Below are positions 37,801 through 52,349 of a stretch of DNA of 64,000 nucleotides, piece after piece; within the stretch, counting starts at the first letter, position 1; every line of letters starts with the position of its first letter. Source of the stretch: Bugula neritina (lineage: Eukaryota; Animalia; Bryozoa); the NCBI GenBank assembly GCA_964035545.1, contig OZ037770.1, forward strand, positions 6,396,729-6,460,728, in the 5' to 3' direction. The position numbers and the translations under genes are program-made. Under the pieces are notes generated by a model. That model was not told the origin of the DNA. It was given only the letters and a program-made list of their open reading frames with translations, and made no database searches.

Positions 37801-40800
37801 AATGCTTTCGTTTTTCACACATCAACAGCTGTTGCAAAAACTATTTATGGCTAACAGAGCTGATTTCAATAAGAGCTGTAACTTTCTTTATATATAAAAA
37901 ACTTTAGAAGATGAGAGTATGAAAAGGTTTGCTCACTCAGTATCAAATCATACACAGGGCTTGTGCTGCTACTTTTAGTCTGCTCTATTGTTAATGTGTA
38001 TGAAAGTTGGTAAGCTTGGCCAAACTTTACATTTGATATTTCAGTCTGAAATATGCACACAGAATGATAGACGAGCTTATATAGTAGTTAAAGTGATATT
38101 ACCACTTCATACAGTCGATGAACATATTATGTAACCAAATGTAACTAAACCTTCTCCATAATTATTTTAATTCCAGCATATTTATGGATTACGTAGATAC
38201 TAGAAAACCATTTAAACAAAATTTAAACCGTTTACAATTTTTATTGATTTCATTATCTATTTTCTCAAGTTTAAAATTTTAATAGGTTTGTTCCAGTAAA
38301 AACATGCTATTAGAGCCTTGCTATTTTTTGTGTTGCTGAGTTAATAATGTATTTTTTTTGTGCTGAAGCTCACATGTTTATTTTCATTACAGCAACTGTT
38401 TCCAATTGAAGCAAGTTTTCATAGATAATTTAGAGTACTCACTCACCACTGTTGAGCTGGTATGAGAAACAACCTCTGAAGATTTAGGGACAATATTGAA
38501 TTTGAGCGAAAGGTGTTCATTAGGGGTAAATTCTTCTCGTTTAACTTTTATCATGGGTTCATCAGCACTAGATATTTCTATACTAGCATTTAGGATCAAG
38601 GGAGCTTCACCATCTGCATCAGATGTGTGAGAGTAAAATACATAAATTGATGTATACGCTAGCTGATAATTTATGCTGTCATATAAAACATACCAGATTG
38701 TATGTAGCAGGTTCGTTGTTGTATTTGTCTACACTTTATAAATTAGCTTTTGTTAGATGCAACTATACTTTGAGGATAAGAGTAGTGATGATATATTAGG
38801 TATTCGTTTATATTTTTTTCTTTCATCATCATTGACTCATAGGTAGTGTACCTAATTGCTCATAAGGTATATATCACATTGTCTAAAATCGTTGATATTT
38901 TGTAAACTTTTAAAATATGATTTGGTTGTGTCTGGTGTGGAATTATAAAAATTAACCAGTTGAAAAAATAGCATAAGTCTAAGGTTCTGGAATTCTACTT
39001 TTATAAATAAAGGTAAGTGATAACCCTTGTTCCCTAGTAGGCCAGTCACATAAATAGTAATATAATATGTAATAATATAATAATATAATAATATTAAAGA
39101 AATATTTATACCGATGACTACTGGTGTACTTGTTTTTTCTGAAGGATACCATCTAGAGACAGGGCCCTTCCTTTGGACGGCTGAAAACAACTGACAGGTT
39201 AAAACCTCTCTTTTAAGACTGGGTGTATTAATTTTGCCATAGTTTATTAGGATGCTTCGATTGAGAATTTTTTCTGTAAAAGAAAAAAACATTTTTAAAT
39301 GAGGTGATATAAATGCAATCTAAATATGTGGTGTACATATGTAAACATGCACTTAAACCATTACAGTTTTTACCAGCTTTATATCTTTGCACAAATTTGC
39401 CTAATTCTTTTAACTTTTGAGAAAAATTACTTGTCAGTTTTGAAAATTTCTAAACACTCTATATACATGTGCAATTCATAGATCCAATTCTGAACTAGTA
39501 TGCATGATGCTATAGAAATTTTTTTTGCAAACTATCAATATATGTTACTATTTAAGTCATGAAAGTAACTAATTTTATGGAATAGCTGTTTTTTCATGTG
39601 ATACACATTTTTGCACTTTTACCAAATCATGCTAGTATATATCTTTTGTAAATACTATTGCATGTGAAGAAAAACCTAAAACATATTACTTGTAACTTTT
39701 ATTGTAAAAACAAAAAGTGTTAAATGCAACCGAACTATGTGATATGCATATGTAAACATGCACTTCAAATATTACAGTCATTACCAGCAAGAAAAGATAT
39801 TTGAGTTTCAAGGGAATATACAGAGTTTTTCTTTTTGATGGTACAGCTATATAGAATTTACAACAATGACGTTAATAACTTTATTGTAGTCAAACTAATT
39901 TTATTCACACTAATAATTAATCATATTATTGAATGTTGATGGGAGAGGATATTAGCATTATCTATCGGTACAGTTGTTCTGTGTTATCACATCCTGCTAC
40001 TATTAGCTCTGGGTTTGTTGTTCTCTTTTTACCAAGCTACTGTGTCGTGATAATAGTTTTAAAAAATGCATCAATATCCTTTATAAAGAAAATAAAAAAG
40101 TAAAATAGTTTAATAAAAAAAGCCATGACTATATCTGCAACCCCAAGTTGGGTAATGAATTAAAAAAAGTTTGAGGAAACCAAGCAAAACTAAAAATAAT
40201 TTTGATAATTTAATGGTGATTATTCATATTTCAAGTGTACTAGAGAAAAGAATCCTATATACATATAAATTTGCAGCTGAAGTGTGAAAAAGGACTAAAC
40301 TATTCTAACATTCCCAGTGTGACCTAAATTAAATGAACTGACCTACATGTATATAATGTTGAGTTGGAAACTGATGCCATCTTATTTATGTTAAATATTA
40401 GGATAAAATAAGTAGAGTTGTAGTTAAAAGACTGATATATTTTAGGTACGTAGAAAAAAAAAACGAGAAAAGTATTGTGGGCAATACAATAAAGTATGCA
40501 TAAAGAGAGAAGACAATTACTGGTATGGTTATTTGCTAGTCATGAATAATCAACACACTTTTTGATGAGCCTTGGTAATTACGACCATGGGAGCACACCG
40601 ATCAACCATATTATCACACAACTCCAGCCTAATACTAGATAAATAGAGACAGAGGACTGACAAATGGGTTTTCACAGCTAATTATAGTTTAAACTCAGAA
40701 CACAACTCTATACCTGCAATATGTGGTTCATTTTGCCTAGGCCATTGAATGCTTTGAGATTATTTAAAAAGTATAGAGATGTCTAACAACACTAGTAACA

Positions 40801-43800
40801 TAACCCGCATAGCACCTGCATAAAGTTAACTTTAGCTCAATACAAGAATTCTGACTATACAGGGCTTTTGTTTAGTTTGCAACAAATCAAGTTTTAGCCT
40901 GATTAACATTTTTTACGGAAAGTTTAGCATAAAAACATTCTACACTGGTGCAAAACTTACTTACAGCACTTGAGAACATAACATTTGGATAATACAGAAA
41001 CAATCACTCCATGCAGTATCAAGTTTGAACTGGACTGGCAAGTGGAGCTTGTCTACAATAGTTATAGTGTACACTGATGGCTGCTGTCTCAGCCTGTAAT
41101 ATAGTTTTTAGTTCTCTAGTCATTCCTCAGCTGCAGTGCACTGTCCTCAAACAAACGGCTCTGTACAATATCATGCGTAGCTATTAGCATAAATTATCTT
41201 GCCTTGTTGAATATGTTACTAGTAAAAGCTAGCTCAGTAAATAAAATATTCTCTTTTGTAATTCTGTGAGGTAAATGTGCCAACTGGCGGTGGGATTATT
41301 ATTATAAAATTGAGTGAACAACGTCTTTTACCTCTCAAACCTAAAAGGAAAGAGTGTAATTTGATTAATTTTAGGAATTCAACTTCCAGGGTAAGTAACT
41401 ATACTGCTACTAATACTGCTTCCTTCAGCAAATTCGCATATTTAATTTCGCTTACAAGCACTAATATATAATTTAATTTCATAGAATTTGTATAGCTGTA
41501 CTATTGGTATTGCAGTAGTCCTTCACTGCGTATTACTAGTACTAAATTTCTATTATTACTACTATTAGCATTGCAAGGTATTACTAAACTTATAAATTGA
41601 GTTTTATATTAAAAAAATGCGTAGTCATGCATAAATAGTAGAATTATTATAGCCAAAACTGTAAAACTAGATCAAGATTGACAGTTGTAAATATAGTTGT
41701 TAACAACTTCAAGAAAAATAACCAAATTTATCATTGACTGTTACTTTTTTATCCAATTATTTAGAGTGCTGTAGTTGAATAGAGACATAGAAAATATAGA
41801 TTTGCACTGAGGATCGTATCTGTTTAGTAATTTCTTTGTACTACTACTTATTGCATGCATGCCAAACTACATGTCTACTTTGAGTGAGCAACTTAAAATA
41901 CATTGTAAGCATAATTATGTTTCAAAAAAATTGTAGTCATCATGGAAAGGATATCTACTGAGTAAGTAATTGAAACATACAATTTCGAGGGAGCATCCAA
42001 CCTAATAGTACTGGTAATTATGAGCTGAATTTTTTAAAATGTTGCCAGCAGGCAAGGTTAAGATCTGATTACAGTATAGGTAGACTCTACAGAATCTAGA
42101 CTACTATATAGCATACTAACTGCAGTGGTGTATGAACATGGTAATTCAAATTTGAAATGTTGGAATTTATTTTTTAATGTATTAAGAATACTGCTATTTG
42201 TATTTTTAGATGAAGTTCCGAAAATGGTGGGCTATTAGATGATTGGGTTTTGTCAAAAGATGCTAGTATGTGTTCTCAGGATATTTTTTCCATGTCAGCT
42301 TCAGCTAATAAAATCTTCAGATTCTCTACTCTCGCAAGATGATATCTTTTCATGTTTAAAAAAAGGATATAACTCTTCAACTGACACTTATATATATCAG
42401 TACTCTTATAGCGGCAAAAATAGGACTTTCATCAATAGATATAAAAACTAGAATTATTAATAATTACACATTGCTAATAACTCTAGCAGTGTGCATTTTG
42501 GTTGGGCTGTTGCAGCTTGGATTTTTTTAGATTCTGCTTCTTTACAAAGTTAGCTTTGACCTTATTTGACATCGTAATGTATGTTTAAGAGAAGTAATTG
42601 GGGAGCTAACGTATTATTCTCCCATGTTTGTAATCTACATATATATTGATCTATTGCTATAAAAAAAACCTGCCTTGTTCCTTCACAATTGTACACAGCT
42701 GTTATACTTTCTGCATGTTTACATTATTCATTGAACTTGCTAGTCCTGATCATATGTAAATACATTGTAGTGAACTAGGCTGTGATTTGGGCAATAGATA
42801 CTCACGCATATGTCTGAGATATTATTATTACTTTAACATTACACTGATTGACATCATTTGACAGTGATGGATATCGACTGACATTGTCAAGACTACAATT
42901 GCAATTCAAAACTTGAATAATATCAGCATAAACTTATATAAACAATATGAAAACTACAAACAGTTGTGATCCACGGGAAAACAAGCAATATAATTTATAT
43001 AAATGACTTATTATTTTTGATCTTTTAAAATTACAACTATAGTTCACTAGCACCACCTATTGCCAAGTACCAGAGGTCTTTTAGTTAGCACTGGCTGTGC
43101 TGTAGAAAGCTTTTCTTTGTGGGTTCTCAATAAAGCTAAGATATCTAAGCAAACCCACACTAATTTTACTACATATATTATATTATGCTTGGTATAATCC
43201 ACACCGATTTTTTGTGATCTTTAGCAATGACTATCTGGTGTTTAACTGAATAAATCTGGTTGATTTGTTGCATATGACCTACATGTAATTCTCAATTCAA
43301 TTCTTGTTATATAATGTTATGACTGCAGCATCAGAATAGTAGATTATGCATTGCTAATATAGGAGCTGATTTATGTACACCTGTCAGGCTGGAAACAAAA
43401 CTGGATTCAATGGAAATCTCTTTTTAATCTTAAGGAGGTTTTCATTTCAAAGTATCACTTCTTGCCTGTACTTAATTTAAAAAAATTCATCTTGAATGTT
43501 TCACTCAGGCAAGCATAGTGTCAGTCAGTGTAACTATAAGCATAGCTTTTTCTATTAGAAGCTAAATTTAGAAACATGAAATAGTTGATGATCTTGGCTT
43601 TGGGTTGGTAAACAAGCTCATAAATTTATATGCTTGAGTAAGCACTGCCTAGCTATGATAACTAACCATAGCTAGCATTCGCTCAGGGTACAAAGGAGCC
43701 CATTTGTTTGCGGCCTTCAAATTTATTACCTAGTGCTGGGAAACAAGACAATCTCATACACAATTTTTGACATTTAACAAGAAGTCAGTCAGGCTTGATT

Positions 43801-46382
43801 AGATTTTTTAGAGTTTAGACTGTATACAGCAGAAAGAAAATATAACTTTGAAAGTAGAGGCTCACGTTCTAATTTTGTATATAGTTTCAACTCACTTTAA
43901 TCAGAGTTTATTAATGCTTATATTAGTGTACTAATGTGAATACTAAATTACTTACTATAATAAGCCTATTATAAACTGGCAGCAACCAAATGCTTTACCC
44001 GATCCATCTAAGCTGAAAACAGTCACACAAAATTCTGCATATCTGACTTTTACAGCTACCAACAGAATTTCACACATGCACCATGACTATTCTAAGCTAT
44101 TGTGCAGAGCCTGTAACTGTATAGTAGTTAGCACTAAAAAGTGAAGTTTAGCTTTTAGCTGGTGCAACTAAAAGAGGATTTTAATGATAAAGGTAGTTTT
44201 GATTTTAAGTTAGTAAACAGACAGATTAATAGTCTAGCCTAACATTATGCTTTGAGAAATGAGCATGTCTAAATTACTTGTCACAACTGCAATTTACGTT
44301 ATTTAAATAGTAGCTGCGTTAAATGTCAAAGTTTTAATCAAGCCTGTAGTTATCAACAACTTGATTAGACTACCCAAATACATAACTATTGATAATGAAG
44401 AACGAGCTGTCTATATTTTATGTAAAAGGTAATCTAACAGATTGGGCTTGTATATAATTGGTTTGACACTTTTATTTATGATTGGACTACGTTGAGAAAA
44501 AAAAAAGAATTGCTTCAGTATGAAACTCAACTATGGTCATAACATTCACACAGCAATGATTTGCAAAAAATAGTCTGTCAAAAAAGCCCAAATTTTTGCT
44601 TTTTATTTTTTAGTCTAATAATTCAGATAGAATCACAAACTGCCTAGAAGATTTCCTACAAGCTCACAAGTTTGTTGGAACTGAAACTAGACCCCAATAA
44701 ATCAATAAAAACAAGGTAACCGGCAATACATAATCACTCTTGTAGCTTACCAGGAGGGTACACTTTAACTTGGACCAGTCTCAGAATAGTTCCTGAACTT
44801 TTATATGTCTGTTGACAAATTTTTATGTGTCTGGCTTTAAATGGGGGACTAAAAGTTTCACGTCCAACTGTTGGGTAGGGCTGGTTTCGCTGAGCTCTGA
44901 ACACTCTATCAGCAGGTGAGTTTGTATCACATTCAGGTGGTGCACTAATTGATGAGAATATTTTTATTCCTGTGAGGAACTCACCTAGAAAAAAATTAAA
45001 AACTACCGAACTGTTAAATAGCTGTAACACAGTCTCTAAACTTTGTTTCACTGGTATACAGAAGATGACTGCAGATCAGAACATGTATCAGTAACTTTAA
45101 GAATAAGTTCTCCTGCACTAAAGAGCATGGATAACTTGATGCAATATCAACTTGTGTTTATACTGTATTTTTATGAGGAAAATAGGGTAACTTAACTTTA
45201 AATGTCTAAGCTTACTGCAAAAATCTGTCTCACAATATCCTGGTTCATTATAGATCTCTATTACAGAAATATCCACTGCTTTCTCTAAATCCACTCGCCA
45301 CCAGTTATTCTTGTTTCGTAATGTTTTTGCTGCATTAAATCCATACAGGTTATTCACTGCTCTGTACGCTGCAGCTAATGATCCATCATAATGGACTAGG
45401 GTACTACTTTGATATGCTTGTTTTTTATAAGCAATGTTGGTGTCACCTAAGTAAAAAAAGTAAGCTTGCAACTTTTGATTTGTTTTTGAGAATTATTTTC
45501 ATATAACCTATGGTTTAATTACTGCTTAGACCCACACTTGCTAAAACACATCAATTAAACATCAAAAACATTAGGTCAATGTTTTAATAAAACCATGAAG
45601 TTTGTTGAGTTTATTTCTCACAGATTGTGTATTAAGGAACACAACTGCAGGTAATCGCATTTTGCTAGTTTATTTATGTGGTTGTCTATAAATCCACCGC
45701 GATTGACCTTTTTTCTAGAGAAAAAAGTGTTTGTATAATAAACAACAGAGCGTAATCATCTACAAAATGTTCAAAGCCTTTTTCTTCTCTTGGCTTGTAG
45801 ATAAAGACTTAATTATAAGCCCACATAAACAAAGGATGCAATAGCTGCGTCACAATGTCAACAATAAAGGCATTAAAACTATATAATAAACTGCAGAGAG
45901 CATTGAAATGCAACCTCGCGCATACTACAAGATCTAACTACCAACTAGTACCTGGGCTTGCATAATTTGTTTTTCCTGATCCTTGTTTACTTTTTATATA
46001 CAGGTGTATAAATATTATGCAGGTACAATCATGTAGTAAATATACATAACATAAGTATAACACACATAACGACTTACCAAAGATTGCATCTTCAAATACA
46101 TACTCAAAATACACAAGATCATCATCATCAGACTTGTCATATTTTCTACACTCCAGTTTCAGCTTTAAATAATCTGAGTATGGTGGTACACTGTATGACA
46201 CAGTCACTTTCTTGTTTAAATTCGCTTCTGATACAGCTAAGTCAAATAGAGATTTTGGTCCTAAAAACATAAACTCCCATATTTAATACACGGATGCATA
46301 CACACCTGCACATAAATACAAATATGCACTTGTGTGCAGGTGAGTGTGTGCTTTTGTGTGTGTAAGCAATTGTATTTTATAT

Positions 46383-46431
<49 letters not shown>

Positions 46432-46530
46432 ACGCACACGCACACGCACACGCACACGCACACGCACACGCACACGCACACGCACACGCACACGCACACA
46501 CACACACACACACACACATGTGTTATATAG

Positions 46531-46574
<44 letters not shown>

Positions 46575-49500
46575 TACATATATGTATTATATATATGTAT
46601 GGTTATATAATATATTGAAAACTCACTCATATTGACAAACCACGTGTGAAAATCTGAAACTATTGCTCTTCGCTTATTTTCCAATTGGATAATGAAAAGG
46701 TAACCTCTGCCGGCAATCAAATTTTTGATAGTCTGTTTTATCTGGAAAGTTATAAACAAAAATTTAGTTGCATCATAATTGTGCCAGAAAGACAATCTGG
46801 CCTGTTTGCATTAAAAATAATAACTAGCTTTGGTATTGTGTTTGGCAATTTTTTGCTTCTGGCTTAGTTTTGGTTTACCACGTAAAGCAAGGTTCTTGTT
46901 ACTTTTAGTTTCATTTTGCATAAAAAAATGTTCAATATAACTGATAATTTTAAGTGATGGTATAAATTATAAGTGTTTCTGTTTCTGTTGATGTTGTATA
47001 TTTGAAAGTTGCATATTTACATGTTTTTTATAGCATTCCACTATGATTCTTTTATAGAGTACATTTCAAAGTTGAAGCAATAAATTCAGAACAACAGAGC
47101 ACTGTTTTGTGCTGCTTGTAATTGCTAACTCAGTACTATAAGCAAGTATTAGTGGAGTACCAATCACCCCAAAACAGTATTAACCATCCAGATTGATGTT
47201 GATAAAAAATTGGTAATCTATATAATTGGGTAATATAAATTTTGAAGTACTAGTTAAACAGCAACAAAGTTACAAGAAAGCAAATCTAGATGATGCATGC
47301 AGTGGTTACTTTGAAGGTTCAAAGATTCTAACAGCATATTATACAAGTGCTAGTAGCAAGTTTCAGTATGAAGCACCAGTATCTGGTGACAGCAAATACC
47401 AACTGTATTCAGTACTACAAAGTATCAGTGGTATTGAAATTAACAAACTCAGAAGACGGAAGTTACCATATTTCACCATCTGGCTGCAATTACTTAACTA
47501 GAGCTGCCAAATATAATTTAAAACTGCCCAAATCTACAAACGCTTCTCGACATTGCAGAGTGAGTTACCAGTGTGCATCCTAGCCTGTAGAATTGGCTGC
47601 CGAAGTGAAATTGTGCTGTTGCAAGAGAGGATGATTTCAACCGTGCTGTAAAGTCTTACGTCTTTATGTCTTTATTGACTCAATGTAACTTGTTTAATTT
47701 TGTATTTTTAGACAGCTAACTGTTATTTCTCCTCGCCAAAAGCCTGGTGCCTTGACTAGCTGCAGTGCTATTGCGCCATAAGCCTAAACACATTTTCTTT
47801 GCTATTTTTTCTCATTCTTATAAATTTTTCATAAGTGTTAACTTAATAAAGACATACAAAAAACAAGAACAAACCATAAAAGACATGAAAGAAAAGTGGT
47901 AAAGCTAAAAAGCTTGCTTCACAGGTTTAGCTAGAGTACTCAGCAGTGCCAGCCAGATTCATCTAGAACACTGCAGGAAAAATTTGGAAGACAGTTACCA
48001 AGTCCTACTCACTGTTCATTTCCCTGAGATGGTGGAAAACAATGACACATACATTAGCTATTGTTTGGTGAATATTTTTATTGTTATAAAGTTGGTGCGA
48101 TGAAATATTCTCTTCATCACTTATTTAGGCATGCAGGAACTTATTTTGAAAAAACCGACATTATCTGATCTTACTTTGAAAATGATGAATGTCGCAAACA
48201 GTTTTTATTGATGGAGCTGAATTACAATTGGTGGCAAGTAAAATTTTACTTAATTCTTCTGCTTATTTCGATTTTTTTGATTGCACTAGGTTGATGTGCT
48301 GTATTTTTGAATAGCTCGAAAATTAGGAAATAGTACGCAAAGAATACTTAACACTTGATCAATACATTTGACAAGCTAAACATCTACAGTTGCAACCACA
48401 GATAACTAGAATTTTTTTCTGATAATCAATATCATGCAAGGGATGACTTTGTCTATATCATTCAGCCATCCATTTGAAAGTAAAAGTAAATTTTGCAACT
48501 GTCCAATTTTTATTGTTTGTTTTTGAGTTGCCTATTTGTGATTTGTTTTTTTTTGAAAGCGGTGTTTTTTGAAATTGCCATTGTTTAAATGTTGTGTCAC
48601 CGTAATAAACAGCGACAAAGTCATCGGAATTTACTGCTTTTAATTTAACAAGTTTACGCAACTAAATTGAACAACAAGTAAACTGTAGATTTTTGATAAC
48701 GGTTTCTTAGTATACTTACCACACATTGCAGAAAAAATTGAGCAAAAGAGCCACAACTATAAAACTTAGACAAACCAGCTAACCTATCAAATCAAAATTT
48801 GATGCATAATCTAGACCTACTAGTTAATTCAGACACTCACTTTTATGAGTTTAGCACATCTAAAACCAAACATAATTTAAAATCTGATAGTTATAAACAA
48901 TTGTCATTGATCTATAAACTTTTTAATATAGTAAATGAATTCATTTTCCAATGCTATCAGAATCAAGTTATGGGAATGATATGTTTTCTTTATAGTTAGA
49001 AAAAATATATGGTTTACAATTTCTGTGCAGTTTTAGAGAAAATTGAGCAACTTAAGTAAGACTTTTTTACTAATACAAATAAAGTTAAATACATGACATA
49101 AGGTAATATGTGTCATGTGGTTATTACAACATAAGCGGAATTAAGCATCTCTAATGCTGGGAATATTTAGTCATCCAATTTTGTTACATTATGTAGTTGT
49201 ATAAACAGCAGTCATAGGTGAAGACTTGTGGATTTAGTAATTAGTTTTCCAACACCTAATTGAATAGTCTGTTTGATGATTAAATACGCATATATAAAAC
49301 AATTTTTCTTGTAAAAATGAAATAAATAACGGCTGAACACTACTGCATCTGTTTTCGACAGAAATTCTATCTATGTTGTTTGAAGCAACCCTAAATTGCT
49401 TCACATAAAAAAATTTGATTTCTTATGTGTAACGTTTTGTTGAAGCGAAATCAAAATAAAGATATGTTTTGATCAAAAATATAGGTGTTGACATGCATAC

Positions 49501-52349
49501 ATACCTACATACATGAGTCATTTTACTTAATTTAGTACACACTGGAAATCTCCAGTTTTTAGCTATTTATCACGATTTAGCTGCTAATGAACTTGGGTTT
49601 TTGCTCAAAACTAGTGAAATATCAATGAGTACACCTAAATAATCAAGGTTTTTTTTAACTTTGCTTGATTTTCTATGCTTTATTCCTAATTATACAACTA
49701 TTTTTGGTTGCGGACCGTTACGGATTTTAAGTGATGGTCCGCAATCTAAATTAGCTAAATAAATAGGAAAAAACATGGGAAATCAAGCAAAATTAAAGAG
49801 AACCTTGACTACTCAACTGTATCCATTGATATATCACTAGTTTTGAGCAAAAACCCAAGTTCATTAGCAGTTAAATTGTGATAAATAACTAAAAACTAGA
49901 GATTTCCAGTGTGTACTAAATTAAGTAAAATGACCTACATACATACATGAACAAATATGGCTAAAATGGCAGTTGGTTTAGTTTTTTCAATTTAGGTACA
50001 TAGAAAAGATGTATATTTTTGTTTACATAAACAGGCATGTGTCAAAAACCTCATATATATGTTATGTGTTTTCTGTAAAACTTACCAATAATAACTGCGT
50101 AACACTTATATATTTGAAAACAAAAACACTTCATTTTTTTCATTACTTTTTGCTAGTGGATCAGAATTTGAGATTTCATGAGCATGTACAATCAGTAGTT
50201 ACAGAAAGATCAAGAGGAATGTATATTTAGAAGAATTTTGTGTATCTTAGTTCTAAACTTCTAGCAAATATGTTATTTAAAAGTCTCAATAACATGTCCT
50301 GCATCGCCTATTGTCTACCTACTATTTTTACTTGTATCTATGCCAGTGATAAAAAGGCTATTCGAAAGATTTTCAAAGATTGTTCAAAATTTGGGATTGA
50401 GCATTTAAACATTGATTTGCACATTCAGAAACTTACTCGAGAACTTGCCATCAAATATATAATAGACAATGACTACTTTATTAATAACTTCTTGAGTTAA
50501 AGCCTTTCTGAAATATATCGAACCATCAAATATAGAGAGGCATCGGGCAGAGATAGCTTCTTGTGACATTTTGTAAATACTTTAAATGATCTTCTATTAT
50601 AAATAATCCAACAGATTTTTGACTTTTTTATTTTTGTTCATTCTTACATATGTTATAGCCAGTATTTACACTAAATTTCGCAAAGTGTTGTTATGTTTGT
50701 TATATGCAATAACTCAATCAATCAATCATTTGCATTACCTAATATGTTTATTTATCAACTGTATACACACGACTTGACCAAAAGAGTAAAGTTTTCAACA
50801 TAACATCATAGTTAAGGTCATCCCTAGCAAAATATCATCTCATAATCTCGTCTCGATCAGTTCTTTAATGCTACTACTCTGTGGGCGGCATGCGTATTGC
50901 CTACTTGTCATAATTTATTAGCATGAACAATTGAACAATTGCCAACAAACCATCGCACTAGCTAGGGCTGCACCTGTTTGCATTAAATCACCACAAAACT
51001 TCATAAAACAAGTATGTCGCGTGGCAAGCCTCGGCATCACCTCATTTTTATTATTACAAAAAGCCACTGGTTTTTTTCATGTGAAATTACTTGATATACA
51101 TTAAGGAAGGTGATTTTCACAACTACTTCTTCTACCATGCATGCAACAATATAAAACTATTTCAAATCCTGGAAGCAAGTTAACTCAACATTTTTCCAAT
51201 TGGCTAATCTAATAAAGTATTTATTAATTGTAAGCTTGATTACAATTTTTGAAATTATAGTTCAAATATCATTTAACTAACTTGGAAAGCAGCTGGCAAT
51301 AATTATGCTGGCTAGCATATAGCAGCGCAGCTCTACCTTGTTCAGTGACACATGCAGACTAAGCGAGAAGTAAAGATTTTAATAAAATTAGTATAAAAAC
51401 TCAATTTTGTAGCTAATTATGTCAAAGTTACACAGACGATTTGAAAAGGCTCCAATAGAGGAATATATTGTAACTCCATTAGTATTTTTTTGCAGATATA
51501 TATTAATCAGGAATTGAATTATTTTTCAGGCACTGAGACCATGTTAGTTTATACAAAATAAGCAAGCTTTGACTGTTTTCAAACATAGAAATGCAACGAG
51601 TTAGATAAATAAAAGAATTAACAGAAGGCTCCACTAGATCAACAAAATATCTACAAAATAGTTTTTGAATTTCGGTTCTAGCTTGAAAATTAATTGAGTT
51701 AGTTATGGGTTGGGCACTGTTTCTTATATAATTATAATGAAGCATAGAAATAACTGATTCAATAGAAGGATGACCTTAATCAAGCTGTGATGACTAAGTT
51801 TACACATATGTACATAGTAGTAAATACTAAAACCTGAGAATTTGAATTAAATGGTACTCTGTAATGCGTTGCTCCAGTTCCGTTGAATATAATTTTTATT
51901 CTTGCATAGCTCCAGGGTTCTTTAGCCACACCTGGTATATCTTCCACCTTTGCAGCCACAATAATGCTGTTTATATAATCAGTAGTGAAGCGAAAGTTCT
52001 TGAGAATATACATTTTTTCAGTTGCGACCAATCCGTTCCTACATTATAACCATCACTTGGAATAAACTCATATCTCTGCATAGTTATCAACGAGAAAAAA
52101 ATTTAAACTTTTTTAAAATGCTTAATCATAATGATGCTTTGTACTGACACTTTACATTTGCCACTTGTTTTGTTTTGGTTTATTGATTTGCTTAGTCTTA
52201 CAACTCTGATATATCTTTCCAAGTAAACAAGTGTATTATAGAAATTATATTGTTTCTTCCTTAGTAAACTTAATTAAACTAAAAACATATGTTTACCTGC
52301 AACTAGCAGCAATTGCGTACAGGTAGATTATCTGTTGCACTGTCTTCAT
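31890..52349 (-). CDS. Receptor copy B: same architecture, short tail (~730 aa, 15 exons)
   Basis: Exons 52349-52297, 52038-51834, 46741-46627, 46260-46078, 45446-45216, 44984-44751, 39273-39112, 38613-38447, 38045-37937, 37667-37519, 36498-36366, 35270-35191, 34395-34173, 32611-32524, 31950-31890. All GT-AG and open. Starts MKTVQQIIYLYAIAASCRNGLVA; ends KKQQEKKVDTKLSEVNSEF*. Confidence 0.85.
32826..34044. mobile_element. Non-autonomous element, TIR CACAGTTAGTTTAAGGTCA, 2-bp TSD AA (CMC/EnSpm-like)
   Basis: Perfect TIRs; near-identical inverted copy at 58453-61031; absent from intron 13 of A and C. Confidence 0.9.
34702..35148. mobile_element. PIF/Harbinger-type MITE
   Basis: 16-bp TIR AGTTGCGTTTATACCT with TTA TSD; empty site in A and C. 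Confidence 0.85.
35339..35760. mobile_element. Sola2-like MITE
   Basis: GGGTCATTTTAC...GTAAACTGACTC; flanks ATAT/TTAT; empty site in copy A near 8845. Confidence 0.85.
44751..45446 (-). CDS. F-type lectin domain, exons 5-6 of copy B
   Basis: NIAYKKQAYQSST...NNWWRVDLEKAVDISVIEIYN...LRLVQVKVYPP; exon sizes 231 and 234 nt, identical to copy A. Confidence 0.85.
46385..46570. repeat. Compound microsatellite (CA)n-(CACACG)n-(TA)n
   Basis: Read directly. Confidence 0.95.
49515..49936. mobile_element. Fold-back (palindromic) variant of Sola2-like MITE, TSD ACAT
   Basis: Two ~200-bp arms in inverted orientation; ACAT|GAGTCATTTTAC...GTAAAATGACCT|ACAT. Confidence 0.85.
50160..50727 (+). mobile_element. 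5'-truncated LINE 3' end with (TCAA)n tail
   Basis: ORF 50240-50500 (MLFKSL..SCIAYCLPTIF..DKKAIRKI) resembles a LINE ORF2 C-terminus; ends TCAATCAATCAATCA; absent from copy A. Confidence 0.6.
50802..51789. mobile_element. Third CACAG-TIR element with 2-bp TSD AT
   Basis: Ends AACATCATAGTTAAGGTCATCC / GGATGACCTTAATCAAGCTGTG; empty site CAACAT|GAGTAA in copy A near 30001. Confidence 0.8.

Noticed and set aside
40965-41093. Apparent AG...GT exon in copy B intron 6
   Set aside because: The phase is wrong, the homologue in A has stops, and the peptide (VQFKLDT) is a retroviral-type protease relic.
41150-43400. Possible very old LINE RT remnant in copy B intron 6
   Set aside because: Only faint motif resemblance; I cannot support it without a profile search.
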